Shown here: in pieces, positions 1 to 10,902 of the stretch | How the letters are laid out: the number at the start of each line of letters is the position of its first letter | Position numbering within the stretch: position 1 is the stretch's first letter | Assembly (NCBI GenBank): GCA_025201805.1 | Contig: MU619294.1 | Span: 79,283 to 143,282, forward strand | From: Parasitella parasitica NRRL 2501 | Lineage: Eukaryota; Fungi; Mucoromycota | DNA length: 64,000 nt | Direction of reading: 5' to 3' | Notes under the pieces: generated by a model | Told to the model about the DNA's origin: nothing | The model's database searches: none | The model's input: only the letters and a program-made list of their open reading frames with translations | Translations under genes and position numbers: made by a program

Positions 1-59
1 TTAAATTGAACCAAGAAAAAAACTCTTTGAATCTGTTCGGTATAGTTCCACAGTTGTGT

Positions 60-170
60 TCGTGTCCCGTATTCTCTTATGTGTCCCATTTTCATGTTGA
101 TGTCCCACTTTCATATTAACGTCCCATTTTCGTATTCGTGACCCATTTTTGTAATCGTGTCTCAACTCAA
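60..170. repeat. Degenerate ~19-bp tandem repeat (core GTCCCATTTTC), 5-6 units
   Basis: Units gtgtcccgtattc, gtgtcccattttc, atgtcccactttc, acgtcccattttc and gtgacccattttt recur at ~19-bp spacing; probably the subterminal repeats of a transposon. Confidence 0.6.
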
Positions 171-302
171 TTTGGAAATGACCAAAATTTATTTTCATTG
201 GCCCAACCTAGTTTCGTCAACAGTAATATAATTGTAATAATTTCATACCAAATAATTGTTGGCGATGTTGATAAAATACAATATAAAGTCCAGAAAAGTA
301 GT

Positions 303-1540
303 TTAGGAGTGGGGAGGGTTATTTATAATCTTAGATATTGATCTCGATTTTGTAGTACGTATTATCAAATTAATGAACTCATCAAGATTTTCTGATATAT
401 TATGAATGCTTATTGCACCATTTTCATTGCGGGTTCTTTTTTCTTCTAGTATCTTGATTGCTTCATTTTGGTTACTTTCGTTGTAGTTTCCACTACGCAT
501 AAATATCTCCATTCGCTTAATTACTTTTTGACGGCGTTGGTAGAATTTTGAAAGACTTGATGTTCCTCTCCAATTTTTTACTCCATGTACTCTGTCAAGT
601 TTACACACCGGATGGTAACCGGGAAGACCATCAAACCAAATACGCCAAAGAGCAGATAACGTTTCGGCATTCTTGAAAGCTTGAATAGTGATATCAAGTC
701 CTTCGGTTCCTGCTGCTGCTGAAGATGTTGGCTGTTGTGGAGGCAGGTACTGGCTGGGATGCAGTAGGCAGAGAGAAAGAAAATTGAGTTGACAATGTAG
801 AATTATTTAATAGTGGTGCTGCTGGTGTTTCTTCTGTGGATGTTGATGGTGAAGATGATCCTCCATTATTCACCTGGACTCCAAAAGATTCACTTCTCGA
901 AAGTCCTGACTGCTGCTCAAATGACATGGCATAGCATCTTGGGTATTCTAGCGAACATTCAAAGTAGCACCCTGTGTCACAAGTTTGTTCCACTACTCCA
1001 TCATTGAACGAGCTTGATTGTTAACGGTAAGAAAGGGTTCTAGTTGTTGAAAAATTGAAGTTGAAAAAGTTTGGAAGTCTTGACATAGAGTATTCAGGGA
1101 TTGAACTTGAGCAGACAAAGTAGATATTTGATTCTTCAAACCTCTAAGGTAGTTTTTCAACTTGTGGTATTGCTCTTTGAGGTAACAAATCACCAGGTTC
1201 TTTGGTATTCTCGAGAAGTGCATTTGATAGGCCAAGGATGGGCAGCTCGTCAAACTGCAAAAGGTCGAGACATGGGACAAAAGAAACGGCAGGAGAGTGA
1301 TAAGGGCTTGGACCGTTAGTGGGTAGCATGTTAAAAGGCACGGTATCATGTAGATGGAGAGAACTTTTGAGAAGACTTCGTTTAATGCGTAAACATAGCG
1401 CGGGATGTTGGCAATCCGTATAGTATTTGAAAAAGAAGGTCGATCCCACTAGGTCCTATCTACAGAATATCCAAGACGCGTGCTGACTTGATGGTAGCGC
1501 TATTAAAAATCTCGCTCAAAGACTCAAAAGGGGCACAGAT
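303..1540 (-). pseudogene. Degraded GCR1_C-domain ORF, Crypton-like transposon C-terminal region
   Basis: Minus strand ~710-303 reads TIQAFKNAETLSALWRIWFDGLPGYHPVCKLDRVHGVKNWRGTSSLSKFYQRRQKVIKRM, matching the GCR1_C pattern (LW.EW..G...P...L...G..WR....KFY.RR). Upstream coiled-coil and S/T-rich pieces lie in shifted frames. Confidence 0.65.
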
Positions 1541-1564
1541 GGCGAGGAAGGGAAGTTTTTGAGA

Positions 1565-1905
1565 TCATTGATCGAATTTTGAAATTTTGTAAGCAATTGG
1601 GCACTTTTGCTTCACTGGCCTCGATTATTCTAGTAGTTTGATCTCTACGTCACAATGTCTATCCCGCTTCACTTTTGCCTTGATGATGGCCCAAAATTGT
1701 TCGACTGAATTTAGTTTGGGCGCAAGGAGGAAGATACACTGGAGTCTAGCCTCGTTTCACGGTTACGGGGTCAATCATTTCAGGAAAACGGATTGGCGCA
1801 TTGTCCATAATGATAAAGTACCCTTTCATTTCTGGGAGCTCATCTATGATATCCATTGTATTGCTTGTGAACGGAAGATAGTGTTCGCCTGTAGTTCCCT
1901 CAGGG
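1565..1905 (-). mobile_element. Tc1/mariner-IS630 DDE transposase fragment (pseudogene)
   Basis: Minus strand reads TTGEHYLPF..MDIIDELPEMKGYFIIMDNAPIRFPEMIDPVTVKRG*TPVYLPPCA/LNSVEQFWAIIKAKVKR, a decayed DNAPIH...YLPPYSPELNPIEQFW motif with a stop and a frameshift. Confidence 0.8.
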
Positions 1906-2261
1906 ACAGACAATTGATTTTATACGATTTCCATGGCACTTATCCTTAAGGCTCCAGCTCTTTAGCACACGCGTCTTTTCACAATGACCCACCTGTACCA
2001 GGAGTCAGACTTCTAATACAATGTTCAATCCACAGAGCTAAAACTGGCCTGCAAAGCTGGGCTGTAAAAGCTAAAGAGGCAATCATTATGGAAAAGATAC
2101 CATTGAATAGAGTTACTGTTATAATCACCCTCCATACGCATTCAGAACTAGATCGTCCTAAAAACCTGTCGACCACCGGTACAGTCGAATCCGAAAAAGG
2201 TGATCAACATCAATATATCAAAAATCCCTTTCTCTTATCTTAAAATGTTACAAATCGTTAT

Positions 2262-3270
2262 ATTTTTTTTTGTTGACGGTTCCTTTCTCAATGCCGTTAG
2301 AAAACCAAGTACATAACATAACTCTTTCTGTTGCAGTAAGTGGTACAGCTGCTCATCACTGTTAAAAGGTGGCCGTACTGCTCATTCCAAGGTTTAGAAT
2401 CCCCTCTTGGCTGCAATGATGCATCTGTGTGTTCTTTAGAGACCGAGATCTCCTGGCGCAAGACTTATTGCTTTGTCAGCGGCTATTGTTTGGGATGAAG
2501 CATCGATGATCAGCCGTGATGTTCTCGAAACAGTAGACATGACTTTTAAAGATATCATGAAGCAAGTAGACGAAAGACTGGCAAGTAATCCCTTTGGAGG
2601 GAAAAAGCTTATTGTATTCAGTGGCGGTTTTCGTCAAGTTTTACCTGTGGTTTCTCCTAGCAGTAAAGAAGAAATCGTTCAAGCATGCATTCCGACCTCA
2701 AGCCTTTGGCCGCATGTACAAATGCTCAGGTTAACAACAAACATGAGAGTTCGACAAGCCATGTCATCACATAACGCTACATTGGCCACCTCATTGCTCA
2801 ACAGCTCAAGTTGGAAATTGGCTCGCCAATCATGATGCTCAGAAACATCGATCCTGCTCACGGTGTTTATAATGGTACAAGGCTTATTTGTTGAGCATTC
2901 ACGTTTGATGTACTGTATATACTCCTTCTTGGCTAGGAGTTGGCGATGATTGAGAAGAAACTAAAATTTTAGTGTCATCTGGCCTTTTAACTCGAGGTAG
3001 GGGCGCCGTATAATTGGTCATGCAAGGAAACTGGGATAGGAAGATATAGCCCTACAGAGTCCAGAGTTTGACCTTGCCATTTATTTATCATCGTGGCAAA
3101 AGCTGGTCTGACAGGGAACTGACAAGACTTGAATTCTACGCCGACTTGCTCAACTGTCGAGATTAACTTAACTCTGGGTATGAGCACCACATTGGCCTTG
3201 ATAAGGTCCAGTTGCAACTTCAGCCTAAATTGTATTCCTTGTTATTTATACTGAGATTTTTCGAAATTAA
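2262..3270 (+). mobile_element. Helitron PIF1-family helicase pseudogene with internal deletion and inverted segment 2901-3242
   Basis: Plus strand has VAVSGTAA..LKGGRTAHS, IVWDEASMISR, FGGK..VFSGGFRQVLPV, LRLTTNMRV and PIMMLRNIDPAHGVYNGTRLI. Minus strand has LIPRVKL..QFPVRPAFATMINKWQGQTL..VGLYLP. The plus-strand end VIYTEIFRN* lies at 3241-3270. Confidence 0.88.
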
Positions 3271-3289
3271 CCAACTTGACTCAAGGATG

Positions 3290-3640
3290 GCCAGAGCAGA
3301 CGCATCCATTGGTAAAATCACTTCAGATCGTACCATAATTTTTTATTGAAAACAAATGCGTGGTTGATCGATTGGTGTTCGAGGGTATCAATAAAGAAGA
3401 CGCCGTGGTCCCATGCTCACAAATTACTGGTATTTAGAATGAAAGTAAAATCGTACATCCAAATAACCCTAATTTTATGGTGATAGGCCTGAGAGCAATA
3501 TTGTATTCCGCTAGACTTGTAGCAAATGGGTTGTACGTTGAAACTGAAGAAGGATGATGCTCCTTGGTGTAAAATTGGAAATAGTATTTACAATTTCCGA
3601 AAATGCTGTGAATTTGTTACAAACCTTTAGAGTAAGATAA
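3290..3640 (+). pseudogene. Decayed coding fragment of a repetitive Mucorales gene family (possibly REase-fold/Crinkler-like C-terminus)
   Basis: Broken reading VDRLVFEGINKEDAVVPCSQITG...GLRAILYSARLVANGLYV resembles the C-termini of multicopy Mucorales proteins. Recognition is weak. Confidence 0.25.
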
Positions 3641-4365
3641 ATTAATATGTGTAAAGAAAAGCACTTTTATTATAAATATATAGAGATCTGCTTTGGGTTT
3701 AATTAACATCGACAATGAAGAAAACAATGGGTCTAAAAAGCACAACGATACAATCATGGAACGACAATCGACATGGATTCCTCCAACCAATAACAATAAC
3801 AAGGTCCCGCCCCTTCCCCACTATCTTCTCAAGTAAATAAAATCGGAGCCGCACTGTATATTCGAAAAGTAAATGGCTGTTACTCTAAAAATAAATGGCG
3901 CCAAGTCGAAAATGTTAGCATTTGATTGTCTCTTGAAAAATACAACACGTCAGTTTCATTGTACTTCAAAATTTAAATGTTTGTTGCAGAAGATAGCTAG
4001 AAGGTTGTCTTGTTGTTGTAGAAGTTGATAATTTAGTGTTTGGAGTGCCTATAGAATCCTTGGATATATCACTGTAATATCTGAATTTAAGAGATGCTGT
4101 ATTATTGATAAAATATAATGGGGTATTTATACTATTTGATCCTTATTAAATATAATACGGATGTGATAATGTATGTGGATTCGGGCATGGCGATATATAG
4201 TAGTTAACGGGCATGGGTTATGTATTACAATCGCTGAAGCGCACATTCGTTAGATGCATCTTCATTATTTTTTCTTTTACCAGAGCCCAAAACTGGTCAA
4301 TTGGGTTTAGTTCTGGCGAGTAACGAGGTAACTAATAACTTTATAACTATTGGTTTAATTATAAA

Positions 4366-5235
4366 ATGGGGGAAGAGGAGAGTTGGATTTTGGTTACCGT
4401 GAAGCCAGTACAGATTCCACATCTGCCAAAAGGTGGTGGAAACAACAGCGAGATGTTTGGATCGATCCTTGATAAAGCTAGAGAAATGCACGTAGCGCAC
4501 CGTGCCATAAATTATTTCTGGATTCAATGGGTAGTTGGAATAGTAGGTGGAGAGGACAGAGAGCCATAAATGCCATTTGACAGGACACTTAACAATGAAA
4601 TGCCTCAAGGTATCAACGCCTTGGGCACAAAAAGGACAGATAGCGTTATCGACGGAGCCAATTGTGCGCAGGTAAGATTTGTGAGGGATACATTTCGACA
4701 GTGCTCTGTATAGAACCGACCTGGCGGCGGGATGCGCAGGAGAAGACCAAAGTCTTTTAACAATGGGGTTGCTGAAGCAATGCTCCGTGGAAACCAACTG
4801 TTGTTACTGTTGCCGATGGGTGACAGAATAGAAGTGGTGCCAGACATCTGTAATACCCACATCGACAAAGAAATCCCGGCGGGTCCAGTCCATGCTGCTA
4901 TCGAAGGGAGGCTGTGTAATGTGCTGCCACACGCCAGGGACCAGACGGACCGTTTTCAGTACCAAAATTTCTTGAAAAAGTGAGGCACAAAGACGACAGT
5001 AGCTAGAATATTCGGAATCCACACGGAGACGCAGAAGCTGTTGATGCTCATCAAATATAAGGAATTTGTCTGCTGAAAATCTAGGATGACGACGCAGCCA
5101 GTGGTCATCTCCAAGACCCGTGAGTAGCTTGGGAAGTGGAATGAAACTCAGCTGTTGAATACCGTTGAAGTCAAAATAATCATATTGAATGCCAAATTGA
5201 CAGGTATTTGGAGAGACCAGAACTGTTTCCATTTT
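4366..5235 (-). mobile_element. Non-LTR retrotransposon (LINE) ORF2 3' fragment with zf-RVT zinc-binding domain
   Basis: KRLWSSPAHPAARSVLYRALSKCIPHKSYL...CPFCAQGVDTLRHFIVKCPVKWHLW is a CxxC-x8-H-x4-C zf-RVT motif. It is split into frameshifted ORFs 4804-5232 and 4297-4797. Confidence 0.85.
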
Positions 5236-5523
5236 TCGGCAGGTAACGCAGATCTAAGGGATGGGTTATCTATGTGATTTAAGGGGAGAGATTTGTAACT
5301 TTTGTTACTGGGAACAGAGATGATAAATGAATGTGTGTGGTAAAGTCAAATTGAGTAGAAAGCATCGAGATTAACAAGGAATGTAGTTGCTGAATTTTGG
5401 ATTCGTAAGCGGTGATGTTGTTGAGTGTAATGTTGTTGAGAAACAAACGAGGTACATTTGGTACCATATTATACATAACGAAGTTGGAGAATAGATGTTG
5501 GTAAGACTTAAGGAATTGAATAG

Positions 5524-6910
5524 CCAAAAACCTCTGTCTCATACGATCACCCTCTCGACTGTATTAAAGAAGCTTTATAAGATATTGTTGGTCTTCATAG
5601 CAAAGCAAAAACTCACGCATGTGGGGGCTCTGATTCAAAAATGGCGGAGATGTTTGGTACAAGTGAAGCAGCCATCCAGCGCCTAGGTTGCTGGAACAAT
5701 TCAGCATTGACGTCGAACTATCTAATTTATTTACGGGTCGTTTCTTGATCTACTCAATTTGAAATCAAACCAATCACGATTCTCGTTGAATTCAGGAAAA
5801 GGATCGCCTGCGATATGCCAACGATAGAATAGATAAAAAGAGAGGAGTATTTGGGGACAAATTTTTACATTCTTGTTATGTAAACAAGCAGTAAACATCA
5901 AATGGTCTTCTTGATTTGTTTCGCCTTGTTTTAATACCATAATGAGCGCATAACATGGGCTGATCCCCTCATTTTCTAGTAGCATGCATTGCAGGTCTGG
6001 AAACTCCATCATACGCAAACTTTCCCCACGATGTAATCCATAATGTCGTACCAAAAAGTATCACCATTTCGCAACCCCTCTTGGGTATTCTTACGAAAGT
6101 AATGCTCTACAAGCTTCCCCATCTCACCAGTAGTAGAGTACCCATCAGCTACAGTACCCACTCCATGATCCGCATAGTTTTCCCATTTATGCTTTTTTCT
6201 TCATACTTGAGGCTTTGTAGAAGAGCATTCAACAAGCTTACCGTGAGAGTGAGGGCAACTACTGTGTGGATCCTCCATAAATTGCTCGTTATGGAGATCA
6301 ACAACAGCAGAAACGTGAATCTTGATAGTAGAAAGACCAACAAGCTTAAAATTTGCAGAAGAAGTTGAGACAGCACGCTCCATCAACTTATCTCTTAATT
6401 GATGGTCATCGAGAACTTCACTAGGTACTTAACCAGTTTGAAGAAAATCGGACTCGGCTGGCAATGGATGATTTTCCTCTATAGAGGGAGTAGAGATCGG
6501 ATTACTGCTTTCATTTGATGTTTATAGTCGTTTGGCTCCTTTCCTATTTCAAATGGGTAACTTGACCACCGAAGACATTTTTAAATTTTATATGCATTAT
6601 TGAAAAAAAAAAAAAGGGGGGGGGGGAGGCATAAGCGAACATTGTAGTTTCAAAACATACCTGAGTATGTAAAAGCCTTTTATCATTAGAGATTACGTTC
6701 AATGGACCCGACGAACAATACTTTTTACACCATTCAAAAAAAAATTCCTTTCTATTTGTATAAGATTTTGTTGTGTTTTTTGGTCGAAATCGTTCAACCT
6801 TCTCAGCCGGTTGTCGAGCAGCTGTTTCGGCCGCTTGGGCATAAGCATAATCATCGTTTATTGCACCTATGTATTGAGGTGGTACTTGAGGCAGAGGAAA
6901 AGAATTTGAG
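5524..6910 (-). mobile_element. Crypton-type tyrosine recombinase (NDC10_II domain) pseudogene, with segment ~5524-5733 inverted
   Basis: Minus strand: RFRPKNTTKSY..FFEWC (~6800-6720), ENYADHGVGTVADGYST, LHRGESLRMMEFPDL..LIMVLKQGETNQ..CPQILLSFYLFYRWH..DWFDFKL. Plus strand 5524-5730: KPLS..VGLHSKAKTHACGGSDSKMAEMFGTSEAAIQRLGCWNNSALTSNYL (recombinase HxxR/W/Y region). Confidence 0.85.
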
Positions 6911-7311
6911 GTATTATACTTTCCCTTAAACCATTTATGATGTATTGATTACGTCCTATTAAGTTATGATAGTGTTATAAGTTTATTTAATCTATTCGAT
7001 TATTTTTTTAATCAATTAGTTCTTCGTCTTTGCATTTTTTGGGTTGAATTGATGATAAAAATGAAATAAGAAATAAAGAGAAATTGAAGTAAATCACTCA
7101 ACAAGCTTATTTATATTATGCGCAATTGCATGTCGTTCTTAACAATATCTCAATTCTCTGCGCATTTCCTACATAAGACAGAGGACTCCAAGTCGGCAAC
7201 TCCCATGTTCACTATTCTTAAAAAAATATGAGATTCCTACGGAAATCCGTTTATTTGAAATAAATAGCACTGATCAAATAAAATGGTATAATATAAATGA
7301 CATAAACTGTT

Positions 7312-8007
7312 TTAAAAGAAAGGAACTCGAATGAATGTGTTCGTTTCGTTGTAAATCATTGCTGCCAAGGCATACCAAGCAACAATTGCTAAGGTAAATG
7401 ACAACCAACCACCAATTTTTGTCAGCACAACAATTCCAGTAAAGGCCCCAACAGCAGGGAACAAAAATGACAGTGTCGAGAGTGCTAAAATCATACGAAC
7501 CAGGATAGGTTGACGGAAAGTTCCCAAAAAGAAGATGAAGGCAGCAAACGAATAAGCAATTTCAATTAACCCCATGCACTTTTCAAGTTCATTTGCTTCG
7601 ACTGCAGGACCCAAGAAACCAGCGCCAGGAATCATCATAATACCAAATGCAAGAAAGAAGCTTGCAAATGTAAAAAATGAGGCAGCAGCAAAGACGTTCT
7701 TTTGAAAGATCTCAATTACTGATGCAGTGTACTGACCAAGTGCACCGTAAGAAAACGCAACACCAGTGGCAACTTGAGGCAAACTAGTGACAATACCGGC
7801 ATTGTAGATACCCAAGACAAACGAGCAGAGACCAAAAGAAGCAAACCCAATGGCAGGACCTATCAGTGTCTTTTGAAATTCTGCCAGCTCTGTTGTTTGA
7901 TGAACAGGAAAGCTTGCTGATTTCTTTTGTTCTTGTTGGGATTCAAGATTGCCCAAAGAGACAGATTCTTGGTGGATGATTTCTTTTTCGATGATTCCGG
8001 TAGACAT
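7312..8007 (-). CDS. GPR1/FUN34/YaaH (ATO/Ady2/SatP) family acetate/ammonia transporter, intronless
   Basis: 231-aa ORF with ~6 TM segments and family-like motifs YGALGQY, NVFAAASFFTFASFF, KIGGWLSF..AIVAWYALA, ending in RVPFF. Confidence 0.85.
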   Translation of the reverse strand: MSTGIIEKEIIHQESVSLGNLESQQEQKKSASFPVHQTTELAEFQKTLIGPAIGFASFGLCSFVLGIYNAGIVTSLPQVATGVAFSYGALGQYTASVIEIFQKNVFAAASFFTFASFFLAFGIMMIPGAGFLGPAVEANELEKCMGLIEIAYSFAAFIFFLGTFRQPILVRMILALSTLSFLFPAVGAFTGIVVLTKIGGWLSFTLAIVAWYALAAMIYNETNTFIRVPFF

Positions 8008-10902
8008 TTAGCAAGTTTGAGACAAACAAGATGCTAGTGCTAATTCATCATCTTGTATTTATACCCCCAAAGAAAATACTGACAATAATCTGCATAGGAG
8101 ATCGATATACATTCTTCCATAAATGGTGATATTTTGGGTGTATTATACTCACGCACACAAAAAAAAAAAAAAAAGAATGGGACGCATCCTTATATATTGT
8201 CTGTACTCTACTTATTGCCTTAAAAGACGTTTCAGGGAATAAAAACAAGTTTTTATCCATATTTACAGTGTGTTTCTTGAGCCTGTCTATTCTCACGCGC
8301 TATGCGTGTATTTCTAAATGTGTATTATGATGGCTATACATCAAAGAAAGCAGCTAATAATGCAAATATATCCATGATATACGATATATGCAACATACGT
8401 AGCTTAACCTTCAAAATCATGTCAGTTATAGGAGCCGTACACACACACACACGTAACAATCACCAAATTGAAAATTTCGCTGTACTAACTTCAATATTAC
8501 AACATGATACACGCAATGTGTCAGTACTCATAGGGTTACTAAAATGGAATTTGGTACAATTCTCGGCAAACTTCTTCTTGGGAATATCATCTTTGTCATC
8601 CTAATTCCCCACACATTGTACACTTCAGATGCATCGGATCGGTCTTCTTGAATGCCTTTTCGAGCAGGATAAGACCCTAATCAATGACTTGATCATGCAC
8701 TGTTCAAAATTGTTGGCTGGGGAAAGTTAATTATATTTCTTGGTAATTTTACTAGTTTTGGTGAATATATGATGCAGAAGTGCCTTGTACGACTTGCAAA
8801 ATTCGCTGAATTAAATGAGCAGGTAGAAATGATTTTAGAGAAGTAATATGATCCAATGAATGTTAATTGCCCTCAGCTTCTTTCCCATTGAATTTGAGAT
8901 TCCACAGGATAGAATTTCGCCACAATGGTCAATAGGTTGTCGTGAAAAAAACAGCCTATTCTGCTAGTATATAACACAAGTATTCGGGGTGTTGTATATT
9001 GATTAAATCAATAGCTGAGGTGTTGTACGGTAAAATATGCTTTTAAAAGCTATTATCATGCAACTTTGTTTTTGTTTGAAACGATTGGCTCCAGCAGCCA
9101 TAGTTGGAAATTTTGATCCGACAAAAAAGAAGGTGGACACTTTGTTAGTGAAACCGATAAATGCTAGAATGGTTAAAAATGCCCGAAGGATTGTTCATTT
9201 CATTGAATGTGCGTTAAAAATCGCTTGGGTTATGCCTAAGAAGATCAAATATTCGGTCTTTTAGCTTGAATATACTTTTCATCATATGTAGCTTCAAAGA
9301 CAGCTAACATGTGAAATGCAAAAAATCTTGATTACAGATAGTTTTCAAGAGATAAAGAACTGATTTCTGCAATTATCGAATTAAATCCGCATTATCTAAA
9401 GCTTTTATAAGTCTTCTGCTAAAAAAAAAGTATGCTATACAGAAATGAAGATGGTTTAAATTACATAAATTTTGATATAAATAGTATGGGGTATTCAGCC
9501 TTTAAAAAGAGCAAGATATCGCTGTTATGAGTCTTGTAATGACAAAATCGAGGCAAATTTTTAATCAATACAGTGCCTATGCTTTCAACTTGCGCCTACT
9601 ACCCCGTGTGGTATTGATCTTCTGGAAAGTGAGTTGTTTGTTCAAATGACATTGGTATAACATGCCTAAGTTTTGGGGCATTTTTACTGTTTTACTCATC
9701 AAGTGAAAGCCATATTATATTACTATAAGAATTATGTATACACCCCTAACTTCAAAGCATGGTTTTCGAAATTCGAATTTTTTTTCTGCCAACTTGGATT
9801 CAGACTTCGGTATCGTCATGTTGGTCATTGTGTTTGTGCGAGCACCTCTATTGATATAAATCTAAAGCTCTCTCTTGGTTATTGTCTTTACGCAAAGAAT
9901 TTTCTACTGCTATTGGTGATGTTCGTTGTTGTCCTAGCTACCATGTTTTCATAGTAGCGTCTCTGCTACATTAAATGCTGTCCTGATTGTTACCTTCATG
10001 TAAGTCTATTTGTAGATACTGGCGCTCAAGTCACCGCATTCGTCGTGATAAAAGTGTATAGGCCATAGTGCAGTATTCTTTGATGCTGTTGTCTCTTGTA
10101 CCGCCTTTACTATACTACTACTAGCGTTTCTATCATTTGAACAAAAAATCAACTGCTGCATATGTCTTGTTGGTATCATTATTACTAGCAGGTCTACACC
10201 ATTTCCATGATGATGGAAATGTTATCTTATAGTATATGCTTTTAGTGGGAAGGGGGATTATACTGGTATCTCTTGTCAGTTTTGAATGTTTCAAGATAGA
10301 GGTAGTGAACTTTAGAAAGTGCAGTTTGACGGGCGTATTCCAATCAAACTTCAGGTCAAAATTTGATCAAGGCTTATAATGCCGCATTGACGTTAGAAGT
10401 TATATTACGTGATGGCTGATCTCTTTAGAGGGTGCACAGAGGATTACTGAAATGGTATCAAAGACGCACAACATCACTGTAGACATTTTTCATTAAACTG
10501 CGAAGCAAATGATAGTTTTTTTTTTTTTTCTTACTATGGTTACATAGTAACGTAATTTTAAGGTTGGAATGTGCCTGATTCATCTATAATCCAACGTGAA
10601 TTAAAACTTTCAGATTCGTAATAGTGTTTAAAAAGAGCTCTGATCACTCGATTTATAGTGATCAAGTGTTATACTGAATGGGCAATTTTACTACAACAAA
10701 AGTTTCGGTTTTGCTCCATTCTTGTGCATTTTTAAAGATTTTCATTGGTACATGCATTGTAGCCAAAAAAATAAAACAAGCCACTAATGCACAGAAGTTT
10801 TTTCTCTTTGATGAATCAATGGTTTGCGGAGGCCAGATTCTCTTTTATTCAACACTCCTTGAGCAAAGCATTGGCATTCTTTTTCTTTTTCCATCAACTA
10901 AA

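Noticed and set aside
1979-2200. Coding-like fragment between the Tc1 and Helitron pieces
   Set aside because: Could not be assigned to any family.
8900-10300. Possible TE remnant weakly similar to 37700-37800 inside the TIR element
   Set aside because: Similarity by eye is too patchy to support; needs an alignment.
10678-10902. N-terminal extension of the GID4 ORF from ATG 10678
   Set aside because: Low-complexity T-rich sequence typical of promoter/5' UTR; ATG 10903 has a better context (AAAATG). Not formally excluded.
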